In this document: positions 24,481 through 37,149 of the stretch, piece after piece | Layout of the letters: each line of letters starts with the position of its first letter | Position numbering within the stretch: the stretch's first letter is position 1 | Origin: Scyliorhinus canicula | Taxonomy: Eukaryota | DNA: 64,000 nt | Reading direction: 5' to 3' | Assembly: GCF_902713615.1 (NCBI RefSeq) | Contig: NC_052175.1 | Span: forward strand, 9,527,271-9,591,270 | Position numbers and translations under genes: made by a program | The notes under the pieces: model-generated | What the model was told of the DNA's origin: nothing | The model's input: the letters and a program-made list of their open reading frames with translations, nothing else | Databases searched by the model: none

Positions 24481-25460
24481 CCTTCAACAGATCTGCCAAA
24501 GAGAGCATCCTAGCCGGCTGCATCAGAGCATTGTGTGGCAACTTCTCGGCCCAAGATCGCAAGAAACTGCAATGTGTAGTGAACTCAGCCCAACGCATCT
24601 TGCAAGCATGCCTCCTGCACATTGTTTATGTCTCCACATCCCGCTTCCTCAGGAAGTCAGACAGCATTGACGGAGGCCCCTCATATCTAGGCTTTGCCTT
24701 CTTCTTTTTGTTCATTAGGTTTGTTCTCACTGGAATGACGGAGGTTGAGGGGCGACTTGTTTGAGGTCTACAAAATTATGAGGGGCATAGACAGAGTGGA
24801 TACTCAGAGGCTTTTCCCCAGAGTAGGAGTCAATTACTAGTGGGGATAGGTTTAATGTGCAAGGGACAAGGTTTAAAGATGTGCGAGGCACATGTTATAC
24901 ACAGAGGGTGGGTGTCTGGAACTCGCTGCCGGAGGACGTGGTGGAAGAAGGGACGATACAGACATTTGAGGGACATCTGGACAAATACATGAATAGGATG
25001 GGAATAGAGGGATACGGACCCAGGAGTGTAGAAGAAATTAGTTTAGTTGGGCAGCATGGTCGGCACGGGCTTGGAGGGCCGAAAGGCCAATTCCAATGCT
25101 GTACCTTTTTTCGTTCTTTCTTTGATCTTTGTTCTAGACCTTTCAATCAGGCAGAATATACAGAAATCTGAACATCCACACATCCAAACATAAGAGCAAC
25201 TTCTTTCCCACAGCGGCAAGACTCCTCAACGACGCTCCATCTCTCTTTCCAAGAGCCGGTGCAGACTTGATGGGCCGAATGGCCTCCTTCGGCACTGTAA
25301 ATTCTATGACTGATCTTTTCCCTGTACGAACACTGTCCATGACTCCCTATGCTGCTCTTGCGCATGTATTTGCTTAGATTGGCCCTTTGTTCCACACTGT
25401 GACGATCACTATTTTTTGGTGTACATTTGTCAATGTGCTCTGTCGATTATTCTTTTGTCC
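24480..25460 (+). mobile_element. Rex1/Babar-like LINE 3' fragment interrupted by a CR1 3' end (about 24720-25140)
   Basis: GNFSAQDRKKLQCVVNSAQRI, then a catccaaacataagagcaacttctttcccacagcggcaagactcctcaac segment like the Rex1 C-terminus. Confidence 0.6.
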
Positions 25461-25464
25461 ACGG

Positions 25465-25790
25465 ACTCACAGTGCTTCGCACTTCTGCTTGACGATCCAT
25501 GGTCCCGGGTTTGATTCCAGGCTTGGGCCACTGTCTTTGCAGAGACTACACGTTCTCCCCGTGTCTGCGCGGGTTTCCTCCGGGTTTCTTCCCACAGTCA
25601 AAAGATGTGCAAATGAGGGGGAGTGGCCAAACTAAATTGTCCTCAGTGTCCAAAAACGTTTGGTGGGGTTACTGGCTAACGGGGATCGGATAGGGGTGTC
25701 GGCTTAAGTAGGGTATGCTTCCCAAGTGCAAGTGCACTCGATTGGCCGAATGAACTCCTTCTGCACTGTAAATCTATAATACCTGAATCG
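25465..25790 (+). mobile_element. V-SINE
   Basis: Head, V core and tail; parallels 23757-24150. Confidence 0.7.
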
Positions 25791-25869
25791 ATTATTCCAA
25801 CAGTCAGGTAGAAAAATGCGTTTTGCTGAACACCGGCACATGTAACAATAAATATCAATCAATCCATCG

Positions 25870-26180
25870 TTTCTCTCCCCTCGCCATATACCAGGGACAC
25901 TGTCGGTGAACTCTGCACATCAATCCGCCCCCCCCCCCGCCATCCGTCCGTTTACAAGGGATACTCTCGATGAACTCTGTCCCGCCGCATCCCCCGCCGT
26001 TTATCAGGAACACCGTCGGTGAACTCTATCCCTAACCCCCCCCCCCCCCCAGCCCACTCCCATTTATCGGGGACACTACCTGTGAACTGTGTCCCTCACA
26101 CCCACCCCTCCGTTTATCAGGGACACTGCCGGTGAACGCTGCCCCTCATCCCCCCACCCCACACACACCATTTATCTAGG
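25870..26180. repeat. About 47-bp minisatellite (copy B, about 6 units)
   Basis: Same unit as 24240-24480. Confidence 0.85.
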
Positions 26181-26659
26181 TTTTTTCTTTTTCTGAAAAG
26201 GAAAGCTTTCTCCAATTCACACATTTGGCAATTTTAATATTTTAGATACATTATAATAATATCTATGTCAGTGGATTTATTTCTTTTGAGATATTATCCA
26301 GTCTTTATTCCCTGTGTGCCTGTTCCTCCTCTTCCTCTCGGACGCCAGGGGCCGCTACAGACCGTGGTGCTGTCCCTAATGTTCCTCTCGGTGTCATCCC
26401 TTGGCCATGCAACCCCAACCCGCAACTTGTTGGCTGGAACTTCCGGGCTACTGGAGAGGAAGTGCGGACGTGGCATCACGGCCTGCCCCTCCCCCTCACT
26501 CCACCAACCATTAATTATTATAATCCACCGGCGGTGGATTGGGGTGGCTCAGTATTAAGTCTTAAAAGTCCAAATGGTTTATTGGGAATCACTGACTTTC
26601 GGGGCATTGCTCCTTCATCAGGTGAATCACCGAATGGTCGTGGTTCCAAATTGACCTAC

Positions 26660-27003
26660 ATATAGATATAGAACAGTACAGCACAGAACAGGCCCTTCGG
26701 CCCTCGATGTTGTGCCGAGCAATGATCACCCCACTCAAACCCTACGTATCCACCCCATACCCTTAACCCACCACCCCCCAATTAACCTTGTTCTTTAGGA
26801 CACTAAGGGCAATTTATCATGGCCAATCCACCTAACCCGCACATCTTTGGACTGTGGGAGGAAACCGGAGCACCCGGAGGAAACCCACGCACACACGGGG
26901 AGGACGTGCAGACTCCGCACAGACAGTGACCCAGCCGGGAATCGAACCTGGGACCCTGGAGCTGTGAAGCATTTATGCTAACCACCATGCTACCGTGTTG
27001 CCC
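26660..27003 (-). mobile_element. V-SINE (HE1-like), young full-length copy
   Basis: Reverse complement is near-identical to 7286-7628. Confidence 0.9.
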
Positions 27004-27167
27004 CATTGTTGGACTTGAACCTGGTGTTGTAAGACTTCGTAACTTTAATTTTAAATAAAGAGGAAGCAGCGACTCTGCAGAAAAGGCGTCAAAGTGACTG
27101 AAATTCTAAAAAGAACAAACTACGGCCCGAAGGCTAATTTGAAACAACCAAAATAAACAAAAAGTCA

Positions 27168-27533
27168 TTTCATAGAATTTATATATTTCATAGAATTTAC
27201 AGTGCAGAAGGAGGCCATTTGACCCATCGAGTCTGCACCAGTTCTTGGAAAGAGCACCCTATCCAAACCCACACCCCCACCCTATCCCCATAACCCAGTA
27301 ACCCCACCCAACCTTATGGGCAATTTTGGACACTAAGTGCAATTTATCATGGCCAATCCACCTAACCTGCACATCTTTGCACTGTGGGAGGAAACCGGAG
27401 CGCGCGGAGGAAACCCATGCACACACGGGGAGAACGTGCAGACTCCGCACAGACAGTGACCCAAGCCGGGAATCGAACCTGGGACCCTGGAGCTCTGCAG
27501 CAATTGTGCTAACCACTATGCTCCCGTGCTGCC
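27168..27533 (-). mobile_element. V-SINE
   Basis: Full head, core and tail on the minus strand. Confidence 0.85.
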
Positions 27534-27606
27534 TGTCATGTTTATCTATAAACGGAGGTCCGGCCGCACAGGCGAGGACGCTTCTATTGTTCGGGCCACA
27601 GCTAAT

Positions 27607-27797
27607 TGGGGCTGGTATTGCTCACTGGGCTAAATCGCTAGCTTTTAAAGCAGACCAAGCAGGCCAACAGCACGGTTCGATTCCCGTAACAGCCTCCCCG
27701 GACAGGCGCTGGAATGTGGCGACTAGGGGCTTTTCACAGTAACATAATTGAAGCCTGCTCGTGACAATAAGCCATTTTAATTTTCATTTCATTTCAC
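27607..27797 (+). mobile_element. Second SINE family
   Basis: Homologous to 19601-19786. Confidence 0.85.
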
Positions 27798-27929
27798 TGT
27801 CTCCCCGGCAAGCCATGCTGGCCGCCTACCGTCTCCCCTGGCAATGCAAGATGGCCCATTGCATGCTTAGTAATGTACAGTTTGAGCGGCCAATGGGAGA
27901 ATAGAGATAACGTGTTGGTGGATTTCCTC

Positions 27930-28781
27930 TCAGGATTTAACTAATTGACGAAATGGTGGAGTGGAATTTCAAAACATTATTCAATTGCTGCCTGAACTGA
28001 GTCTGTCACGATGAAAGTCGCAGTGTTTGTGCAGCAGCTCAGAAGCTGCGGCATGAAGCCCAATTCCATAAAATTACGTGTGTATAGAATTGTCCCCCAA
28101 ACAAAGCATCCGATACCATATAAAATAAACCATGAACATTGACCATAACAGAATGAAAGTGGCTTTGATAATACACAGTAGAATTATGGATTTCCTTCAG
28201 CTCTCCATCTCCGGGTCTCTAGGACTCTCCCCACTGTTGTGAGCCCGGAGTCTCCTGCGGGCCTGCTGTTAAAGACAATGTATCTGATGGTGGAAATCAT
28301 TGAGCAGCAAATGGACAAATGAAATATTGTGGAGGAAATCGATTGCTCCCCAGACTGGAGAGTAATAAACATCATCTGTGACACCACAAAACCAGTGCAA
28401 TTTCGTCATCCGATACCTAACCAAGAACATAAAATACTAGAAAATTTTCTTGAAACAACTCAGCACAGTCAGTGTTCCCAGTCACAGCCGCCGTTTTCTC
28501 GCTGCAATATTAACTTTTCTGCTACGGTCATCAAATAGCCACAAGTCGATCAAAAGTGAATGTGACGGTGAAACAGACAGAACAAGCAGTGGCTGAAAAA
28601 TGCAGAATGGCGTAGGTATTACACACAGAGATGGACCGCAGGAAATCAAACTGTTCAATAAAAACAATGGAAATATGTCTCAATATCAGGTCGAGAATAA
28701 CGGCCAGTAGATCCCCCATGGCCAAATTTGGCCAGCCCACAGTTTTTTTTCTCTTCAGGATAATAATTGTGAGGAGGCTCA
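27930..28781 (-). pseudogene. GPR139/GPR142-like GPCR pseudogene, main coding exon (copy 2)
   Basis: Good acceptor ttctttccctttctcacag at 28782; VSLLTIIIL..AMGDLLAVIL..CSVCFTVTFTFDRLVAI*, then frameshifted RRRLRAHNSGESPRDPEMES*RKSIILL and ELGFMPQLLSCCTNT. Confidence 0.85.
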
Positions 28782-28859
28782 CTGTGAGAAAGGGAAAGAA
28801 AGAATGAAATTATACATCAGGCTAGGGAAGGCATTGTCCGTTTGGTTGATTTAGTGTTA

Positions 28860-29940
28860 ACAAAGACAAACAAACAAACACTCACAGTCACAGAGACACA
28901 TATACACACACAGAGTCACAAATGCACACACTTACGGACAAAGATATAGAAATACACAATCTCACAGAAACAGACACAAATAAGAACATTCACAGACAAA
29001 GTGCGACACAAATACACAATCACAGACAGATACAGAAATACACACTCACAGACACATGTAGGACAAAAATACACACTCGCAGACTCAGAACACAAATACA
29101 GAAACTCACAGAGACACAAGTACACACATTCAATGCCTCAAGTACACACACGTAAACAGGAACAAAAATGCACACGCTCATAGCCACAGAGACGCAAATA
29201 CAGACACGGTCACACTGAGACACAAATACATATACTCACACAAACACAGAGACACTAATACACGCACAGACAAAGACACATATCCAGTCACACACCCACA
29301 CACACACATACATACACACCCACACCCAGACACATGCATCTAAACACGCCCAAAAATGTACACGCCCACACAATGACACATTTACACCGACGCACACACT
29401 TGAACCCATACACTCACCCACACACGCACACATACACACACACACTCAGGACCACAACCTGACACACTGACATCCACTCACATACACGCACATGTACACA
29501 TACATTTACCTAAACACACGTACATACACACAGCAACATAATCACACCCACATATGGCAATTCCACACATATACATAAGTACCCACGCACTCCCACTCAC
29601 TCATATACAACCTGCACTCACCCTTACTCCCACACACAACCACACTGACAAACACTCAGCCACATACACACCCACACGCAAACGGGGGCACACACGCTTA
29701 GCCAACACACACATACACGAATCCCAGACACACAAACGCACACACCAAACCACTCACACATACAACTATGAACAACCCCCCCCCCCCCCAAACACACACA
29801 CACCCGGAGACCCAAACACTCTGCCACATAAACAAATGCTCACAACCAGCCGCAGGCACACAGAGACACCTACACACACACACTTTCACCCACATACCTA
29901 CACATAAACATACCCACACAAATGGCGAAATACACACCCC
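28860..29940. repeat. Degenerate (CA)n-rich low-complexity tract
   Basis: About 1.1 kb dominated by ca/aca repeats. Confidence 0.9.
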
Positions 29941-29944
29941 GCAT

Positions 29945-32900
29945 TTTGTTTGCACTGAAGTGCTGAACTTGGTGCATTTAAGTGCAACAGTAAAAGGTTG
30001 GTGACTGAGGGAGTTCGGCGAGGAAGGAGCAACGTGCTCCTTTCATTTTATTTCCGCAAAGTGCGAGAAGGGAGAAAAGAGTTTAGAGTGCAGCTGACTG
30101 GAAGTAGAGTCGGTGGGCGGAGGTCCAGTTGGTCTACAGGGCAGCTATACTCTTTAAAAACAGAGGGGATGGAGGCTAGGGAAGTTGCATGCTCCTCCTG
30201 TAGGATGTGGGTTGCGAGGGATACCACCGGTGTCCCTGCTGACTATACCTGCGGGAAGTCCAGCCAACTCCAGCTCCTCAGAGACCGTGTAAGGGAACTG
30301 GAGCTGGAGCTGGATGAACTTCGGATCATCCGGGCGGCAGAGGGGGTGATCGATAAGAGGTATAGGGAGGTAGCCACACCCAAGGTACTGGACAAGAGTA
30401 GTTGGTTTACAGTCAGGGGAGAGAAAACTAACAGGCAGACAGTGCAGGGATCCCTCGTGGCCGGTTCCCTTCAAAGCAAGTATACTGTTTTGGATGCTGT
30501 TGTGGGGGTGCGGCGGGGGGGGGGGATGACCTACCGGGGGAAGGCCGTAGCGGCCAGGTCTCTGCCGCTGACTCTGGCTCTGGTGCTCAGAAGGGAGAGG
30601 GGATAATAGAAAAACAATCGTAATAGGATAATCAATGGTTATGGGCCTAGATAGGAAATTATGTGGTCGCGAGCGAAACTCCCGGAAGGTATGTTGTCCC
30701 CCAGGTGCCAGGGCCAGATATGTCTCGGATCATGTCTTCAGTATTCTGAAGTGTGAGAGTGAGCAGCCTGAAGTGGTGCACATTGGTAGCGTAGGAAAAG
30801 GGATGTGGAGGCAATAAACAAATTTAGGGAGTTAGGCTGGAAGGTAAAGGACAGGACAGACAGAGATGTCACCTCTGGTCTGTTGCCGGTGACACGTGAG
30901 AGCGAGGCTAGGAACAGAGAGATAGTAGTTGAACACGTGGCTGCAGGAATCGTGTAGGAGGGAGGGCTTCTGTGGAAGGTGGGAATTGTAAAGCAGTACG
31001 GTTTGCACCTGAACCAGAGGGGCACCAATATCCTGGGAGGGAGGTTTTCTAGTCGTCTTCGGGACGGTTTAAACTAATTTTGCCGGGGGAAGGGAAACGG
31101 ATTTGTCGTCCAGTAACTAAGGAAGCCGAAATTCAGGACGCCAAAGCGTGTAGTGACGCAATGGGGAATGTAACACTGACGAGGGACAGTACATGCAGGC
31201 AAGGAGATGTGTTGAAGTGTGTATACTTTAATGCAAGAAGCATCAGGAATAAGGTGGGTGAACGTACGGCATGGATCGGTACTTGGGACTATGGTGTGGT
31301 GGTCATCACAGAAACTTGGATAGAAGAGGGGCAGAAATGGTTGTTGGAGGTCCCTGGTTATACATTTTTCAAAAAGATCAGGGAGGATGGTAAAAGTGGT
31401 CGGGGAGGGGTGCCATTGTTAATTAGAGATAGTATAACAGCTGCAGAAAGGCAGTTCGAGGAGGATCTGCCTACTGAGGTAGTATGGGTTGAAGTGAGAG
31501 ATAGGAAACGAGCCGTCACCTTGTTGGGCGTTTTCTATAGGCCCGCCAATAGCAGCAGAGATGTGGAGGAACAGATTGGGAAACAGATTTTGGAAAGGTG
31601 CAGAAGTCACAGGATAGTAGTCATGGGTGACTTCAACTTCCCAAATATTGAGTGGAAAGTCTTTGGATCAAATAGATTGGATGGGGTGGTGTTTGTGCAG
31701 TGTGACCAGGAAGCGTTTCTAACAGTATGTAGATTGTCCGACTAGAGGGGATGCCATATTGGATTTGTTCCTCGGTAAAGAACCAGGGCAAGTGATAGAT
31801 TTGTTAGTGGGGGAGCACTTTGGAGGTAGTAACCACAATTCTGTGACTTTCACTTTAGTAATGGAGAGAGATAGCTGCGTGCAACAGGGCAAGGTTTACA
31901 ATTGGCGGAATGGTAATTACAAAGCTGTCAGACAAGAATTGAAGTGCATGAGTTGGGAACATAGGCTGTCAGGGAAGGACATAAGTGAAATGTAGAACTT
32001 GTTCAAGGAACGGCTAATGCGTGCCTGTGATATGTATGTCCCTGTCAGGCAGGAAAGAGATGGTCGAGTGAGGGAACCATGGTTGACAAGAGAGGTTGAA
32101 TGTCTTGTTCACAGGAAGAAGGAGACTTATGTAAGACTGAGGAAACAAGGTTCAGACATGGCGCTGAATGGATACAATATAGCCAGGACGGACGTGAAGA
32201 AAGGGATTAGGAGAGCTAAGAGAGGGCGTGAAAAATCTTTGTTGACAATGATCAAGGAAAACCCCAAGGCCTTTTACACATATGTGAGAAATATGAGAAT
32301 GACTAGAGCGAGGGTGGGTCCGATCAAGGACAGCAGCGGGAGAGTGTGTAGAGTCTGAAGAGATAGGAGAGGTCTTGAACGATTACTTTTCTTCTGTATT
32401 TACAAACGAGAGGGTGCATGTGGTTGAGGAGACAACGTTGAAGAGACAAGTAAGCTAGAGGAGATACTTGTTAGGAAGGAAGATGTGTTGGGCGTCTTGA
32501 AAAACTTGAGGATATACAAGCATCGCGGGCCTGACGGGATATATCCAAGGATTCTATGGGAAGCCAGAAAATAAATTGCAGAGCCTTTGGCAATGATAAT
32601 TTCGTCCTCACTGTCAACAGGGGTGCTACCAGGGGGCTGGAGCGTGGCGAATGCCGTGCCCCTGTTCAAAAATGGAATAGGGATAACCCTGGGAATTACA
32701 GGCCAGTTAGTCTTACTTCGTTGTAAGGCAAAGTAATGGAAAGGGTACTGAAGGATAGGATTTCTGACCATCTGGAAAGACACTGCTTGATTAGGGATAG
32801 TCAGCTCGGATTTGTGAGGGGTAGGTCTTGCCCTACGAGTCTTATTGTCTTCTTTGAGGAGGTGACCAAGCATGTGGATGAAGGTAAAGCAGTCGATGTA

Positions 32901-33975
32901 GTGTATATGGATTTTAGTAAGGCATTTGATAAAGGTTCCCATTGTCGGCTTATGCTGAAATTAACGAAGCATGGGCTATTGGGGAATTTGGCCAGTTGGA
33001 TAACGAACTGGCTAACCGTTGGTAGTCAGAGAGTGGTGGTGGATGGGAAATATTCAGCCGGGAGCCCAGTTACCAGTGGCGTACCGCAGGGATCAGTTCT
33101 GGGTCATCCGCTGTTTGCGATTTTCATTAATGACTTGCATGAGGGAGCTGAAGGGTGGGTCAGTAAATTTGCAGATGATACGAAGATTGGAGGAGTTGTG
33201 GATAGCGAGGAGGGCTGTTGTCGGCTGCAAAGAGGCAGAGATTGGATGCAGAGCTGGGCTGAGAAGCGGCAGATGGAGTTTAACCATGACAAGTGTGAGG
33301 TTGTACAAATATCAATGCGGAATACAGTGTTAACGGTAGTGTAATATAGAGGCAATTTAGAGGAGCAGAGCGACCTTGGGGTCCATGTTCATAGATCTTT
33401 GAAAGTTGCCGATCTAGTGGATAGAGCTGTGAAGAAGGCCTATGGTGTGCTCGCGTTCATTAGCAGAGGGATTGAACTTAAGAGCCGTGAGTTGATGATG
33501 CAGCTGTATAAAACCTTGGTAAGGACATATTTGAGTACTGTGTGCAGTTCTGGTCATATCATTTTAGGAAGGATGTGGAAGCTTTGGAAAAGGTGCAAAG
33601 AAGATTTATCAGGATGTTGCCTCGAATGGAGAGTATGTCTTACGAGGAAGGGTTGAGGGTGCTGGGCCTTAGAACGGAGCAGGATGAGGGGCGACTTGAT
33701 AGGGGTTTATAAGATGATCAGGGGAATATATAGAGTACATAGTCAGAGTCTTTTCCCCGGGTGGAACAAACCATTACAAGGGGACAAAAATGTAAGATGA
33801 ATGGAGGAAGTTATAGGGGAGATGTCAGAGGTAGGTTCTTTACCCAGAGTGTAGTGGGGGCATGGAATGTACTGTCTGTGGAAGTAGTTGAGTCTGAAAC
33901 GTTAGTGACCTTCAAGCGGCTATTGGATAGGTACATGGATTATGGCATAATAATGGAGTGCAGATTAATGTGTTC
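29945..33975 (+). mobile_element. Near full-length CR1 LINE (5' UTR, ORF1, ORF2 EN+RT), decayed
   Basis: ORF1 MEAREVACSSCRMW..RVRELELELDELR; EN CVYFNARSIRNKV..VVMGDFNFPNIEW; RT GRSCPTSL, DFSKAFDK, SKFADDTKIGG; many stops. Confidence 0.92.
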
Positions 33976-33977
33976 TT

Positions 33978-34270
33978 AAGGGCAGCATGGTAGCATTGTG
34001 TATAGCACAATTGCTTCACAGCTCCATGGTCCCAGCTTCGATTTCGGCTTGGGTCACTGTCTGTGTGGAGTCTGCACATCCTCCCCGTGTGTATGCGGGT
34101 TTCCTCCGGGTGCTCTGGTTTTCTCCCACAGTCCAAAGATGTGCAGGTTGGGTGGATTGGCCATGATAAATTGCCCTTAGTGTCCAACATTCTATGATCT
34201 TTGATTAACCTAGGCCAAAAGTTTGGCACAACATTGTGGGCCGAAGGGCCTGTTCTGTGCTGTATTTATC
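33978..34270 (+). mobile_element. V-SINE
   Basis: gggcagcatggtagcattg head, V core, gggccgaagggcctgttctgtgctg tail. Confidence 0.85.
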
Positions 34271-34305
34271 TATAACACGTATTTCTCTATAACGAAGCGC
34301 TCTCC

Positions 34306-36850
34306 TGTCAGGTGGATGTGCCGTTAAGAAATGGGTGTTTATCAAATAGTTACAGTGATGTCAATATTTGGGTGGAGCTGGGATGTCTGTCTGTCTTTAA
34401 TTTTAGTTTTTGAGCTGGGACCTGCAATGTGTTTTTGGTTTCGTTTCAGAGGTGGAACACTTCATTCATAGCAAGCAGCTGTATAATAATCTCAGTCCCC
34501 AGAAGGTAAGGAATAGCTCCAGTTCATTAACAATTTCTAAGTAATACCTGTTTCTGTAGTGCATTTAAACCTGCTGTCTTTATATTAAAAAGCATTTAAC
34601 TGATGGATGTTGTTTGGGAAGTTATTAAGGGTTACCTATCGTGTATTGTATTTGGGAACATGTCAGTGATTGTAGTTGATAATCTGGTTACTGTGTGTTT
34701 ATACCATGTTAACTGGATTAATAGAATAAACATTGCTTTGTTTCAAAAATTCTTTAACTCTCTATTTCACCAAACGTGGGCCCTTGTGACCCCACAAAAA
34801 AAATATATTGAAAGTTGTGGGTCAGATGAACTCCATGATGTGCTTTGGGGTTCTCTAAACCCTGGCCCATAATAATACCGGGGGCTCGTCCGTGGTACAA
34901 GTCTCTCTATTTTTGATCTTTAAGTCATCTTTGTCTACCGAAATAGTGCCAGAAGACTGGAGGATAGCAAATGCTGTCCCCTTGTTCAAGAAGGGAGTAG
35001 AGAAAACTCGGGTACCTATAGACCAGTGAGCCTTACTTCTGTTGTGGGAAAAGACTTTGAAAGGTTTATAAGAGATAGGATGTATAATCATCTGGAAAGG
35101 AATAATTTGATTAGAGATAGTCAACATGGTTTTGTGAAGGGAAGGTCATGCCTCACAAACCTCATTGAGGTCTTCGAGAAGGTGACCAAACAGGTGGATG
35201 AGGGTAAAGCAGTTGATGTGGTGTATATGGATTTCAGTAAAGCATTTGATAAGGTTCCCCATTGCAGCTTTGACAAAGAGTCATCGGACTCGAAACGTTA
35301 GCTCTTTTCTCTCCCTACAGATGCTGCCAGACTTGCTGAAATTGTCCAGCATATTCCCTTTCGAAACAGATTCCAGCATCCGCAGTAATTTGCTTTTATT
35401 ATGATGTAAGAGGACCGCTTAAATTGATTGAGGAAAAATTTGGTGTGAGCAGTCAGAACTTACATTATTGGATTTCTTGTCAAATTTTAGAGAACAATTA
35501 AATAGAGCTGGGGAATTGGCTGGACAACATTTAATAGTTGCACAAAATGTGATGAAACAGTAGCCAAAGAAAGCAAAAGTTCGTAGTTTTGCCTGTGGAG
35601 TTAAAGTTTTAGTGTTGTAACCAATGGTTGATGAACCTTTAAAAGTAATGTTTTGTGGACCTTATCAGATTGGCAGAAGGTCAAGTGAGGTGAATAACGT
35701 GCTAAGAACGCCAGATAGAAGGAAAACTAACCGAGTGTCTCATGTGAACATGCCGAAAAGGTATTTTGAAAGGGAAGGAGAGCAAAAGGATTAGATTCTA
35801 TTTATTTTAACTCAAAGTAAAGAACCAAATCCAGATGACTGTGAATTTGACATTCCTCAAATTCAATTGGAAACCGGGGACGTTCTTTAAAAAATGGATA
35901 TACTGTTGAGTTCCTTCCAGAGGAAAAACGAACTGACCTGAAAGAGTTATTGATATCGTGTGGGGAAGTTCTCGAAAGTTGGGAAGGACGAAAATGGCTG
36001 GGCATAATGTCGATGTGGGAAATGCTCTTCCAAATAAACAGCATTCATATAGACGTAACCCTTTAAAATTGGCACAGGTTAACAGAGAGATTAAGAGTAT
36101 ACTTAAATATGGCATAATTGAAGTGTGTTGCAGCCAACCAAACTAACTCTTAGTGATGGTACCGAATCCAGACGGTACCCAACGTTTGTGTGCGGACTTT
36201 AGAAAGGTTAATGCAGTTACAAGAACGGACTCTTATCCCATCCCACGTTTGTTGGATTGCATTGAGAAGGTGGGACAATCAGCTTTTATTTCCAAACGGG
36301 ATTTACTTAAATGTTACTGACAGATAACTTTAGCCGAAAGGCGAAGCAGATTTCAGCTTTTGTGGCTCCAGATGGTACAGACCAATTCAAAGTTATGCCA
36401 TTTGGCATGAAAAATGCCCCAGTCACATTTTAACGGTTAACTAAAAAAATTGTTACAGGATTACCCAATTGTGCGCTGTCCATTGACGATCTGGTAGTTT
36501 TCAGTCAGCCATGGAAAGAACATTTAAAGCATCAGGTGGAGGTATTCGATTGACGCCAGGAGGCGGGATTGCAGGTAAACCTAGCCAAAAGTGAATTTGG
36601 TAAAGTCCAAGACACTTTCCTTGGCCACTAAATCGAACAGTATGGCATTGTCCCACGGGTTGCGAAAACAAAATGTATTGGCGAGTTTACAGTACCTTCG
36701 ACACAAAGGGAAAAAATGCGATTTCTTGGCATGAGTGGATTTTACCCGAAATTTGTGCCGAACTTTAGCAGCGTGGCTGCTCGATTGACGGACTTGCTGA
36801 AGAAACGCTGCAGATTTTACTGGGCAGCGAAGTGTCAACAGCCATTGGGC
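34306..36850 (+). mobile_element. Gmr1-like Ty3/Gypsy LTR retrotransposon remnant (LTR, tRNA-Pro-like PBS, integrase C-terminus then RT) with nested CR1 (about 34935-35265) and Penelope-type (about 35268-35400) fragments
   Basis: LTR 34306-34874 followed by gggggctcgtccg; FCGPYQI..RTPDRRKT..HVNM (integrase GPY/F) at about 35650-35760 precedes RT motifs (PDGTQRLCADFRKVNAVTRTDSYPIP; MPFGMKNAP; IDDLVVFS) at about 36150-36510. Confidence 0.8.
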
Positions 36851-37149
36851 TGACATCAGGCTCTGATCGGATTGAACGAAAGTATCTGACTTTAAAGAAA
36901 AATGCCGGGGAGTAGAGAAATGGATGGATCGTACAGGTTTCTCTTGTTCAAAGAGAATGTAAATCAAGAGCGATTCATTTTGGCTGATGTGGGACTAAAT
37001 TGGATTATGTCCTTATAAATGTTTGCATGTTTTGTTTTATTTAAAAAGTATAATCAGTCAATATTTCTTGACGGAAAGTGAAAAGGTGAAAAATAAAACC
37101 ATCTTGAAGTTGATGGTTTATTTATTTTTTCTTGGGTGGAGTTGTCAAG

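Noticed and set aside
24240-26180. Regularly spaced 47-bp repeats as a CRISPR-like array
   Set aside because: Vertebrate context, degenerate tandem units without unique spacers, and no cas genes.
28916-29955. ORFs in the CA-rich tract (HTHT/CVCV)
   Set aside because: Low-complexity microsatellite artefacts.
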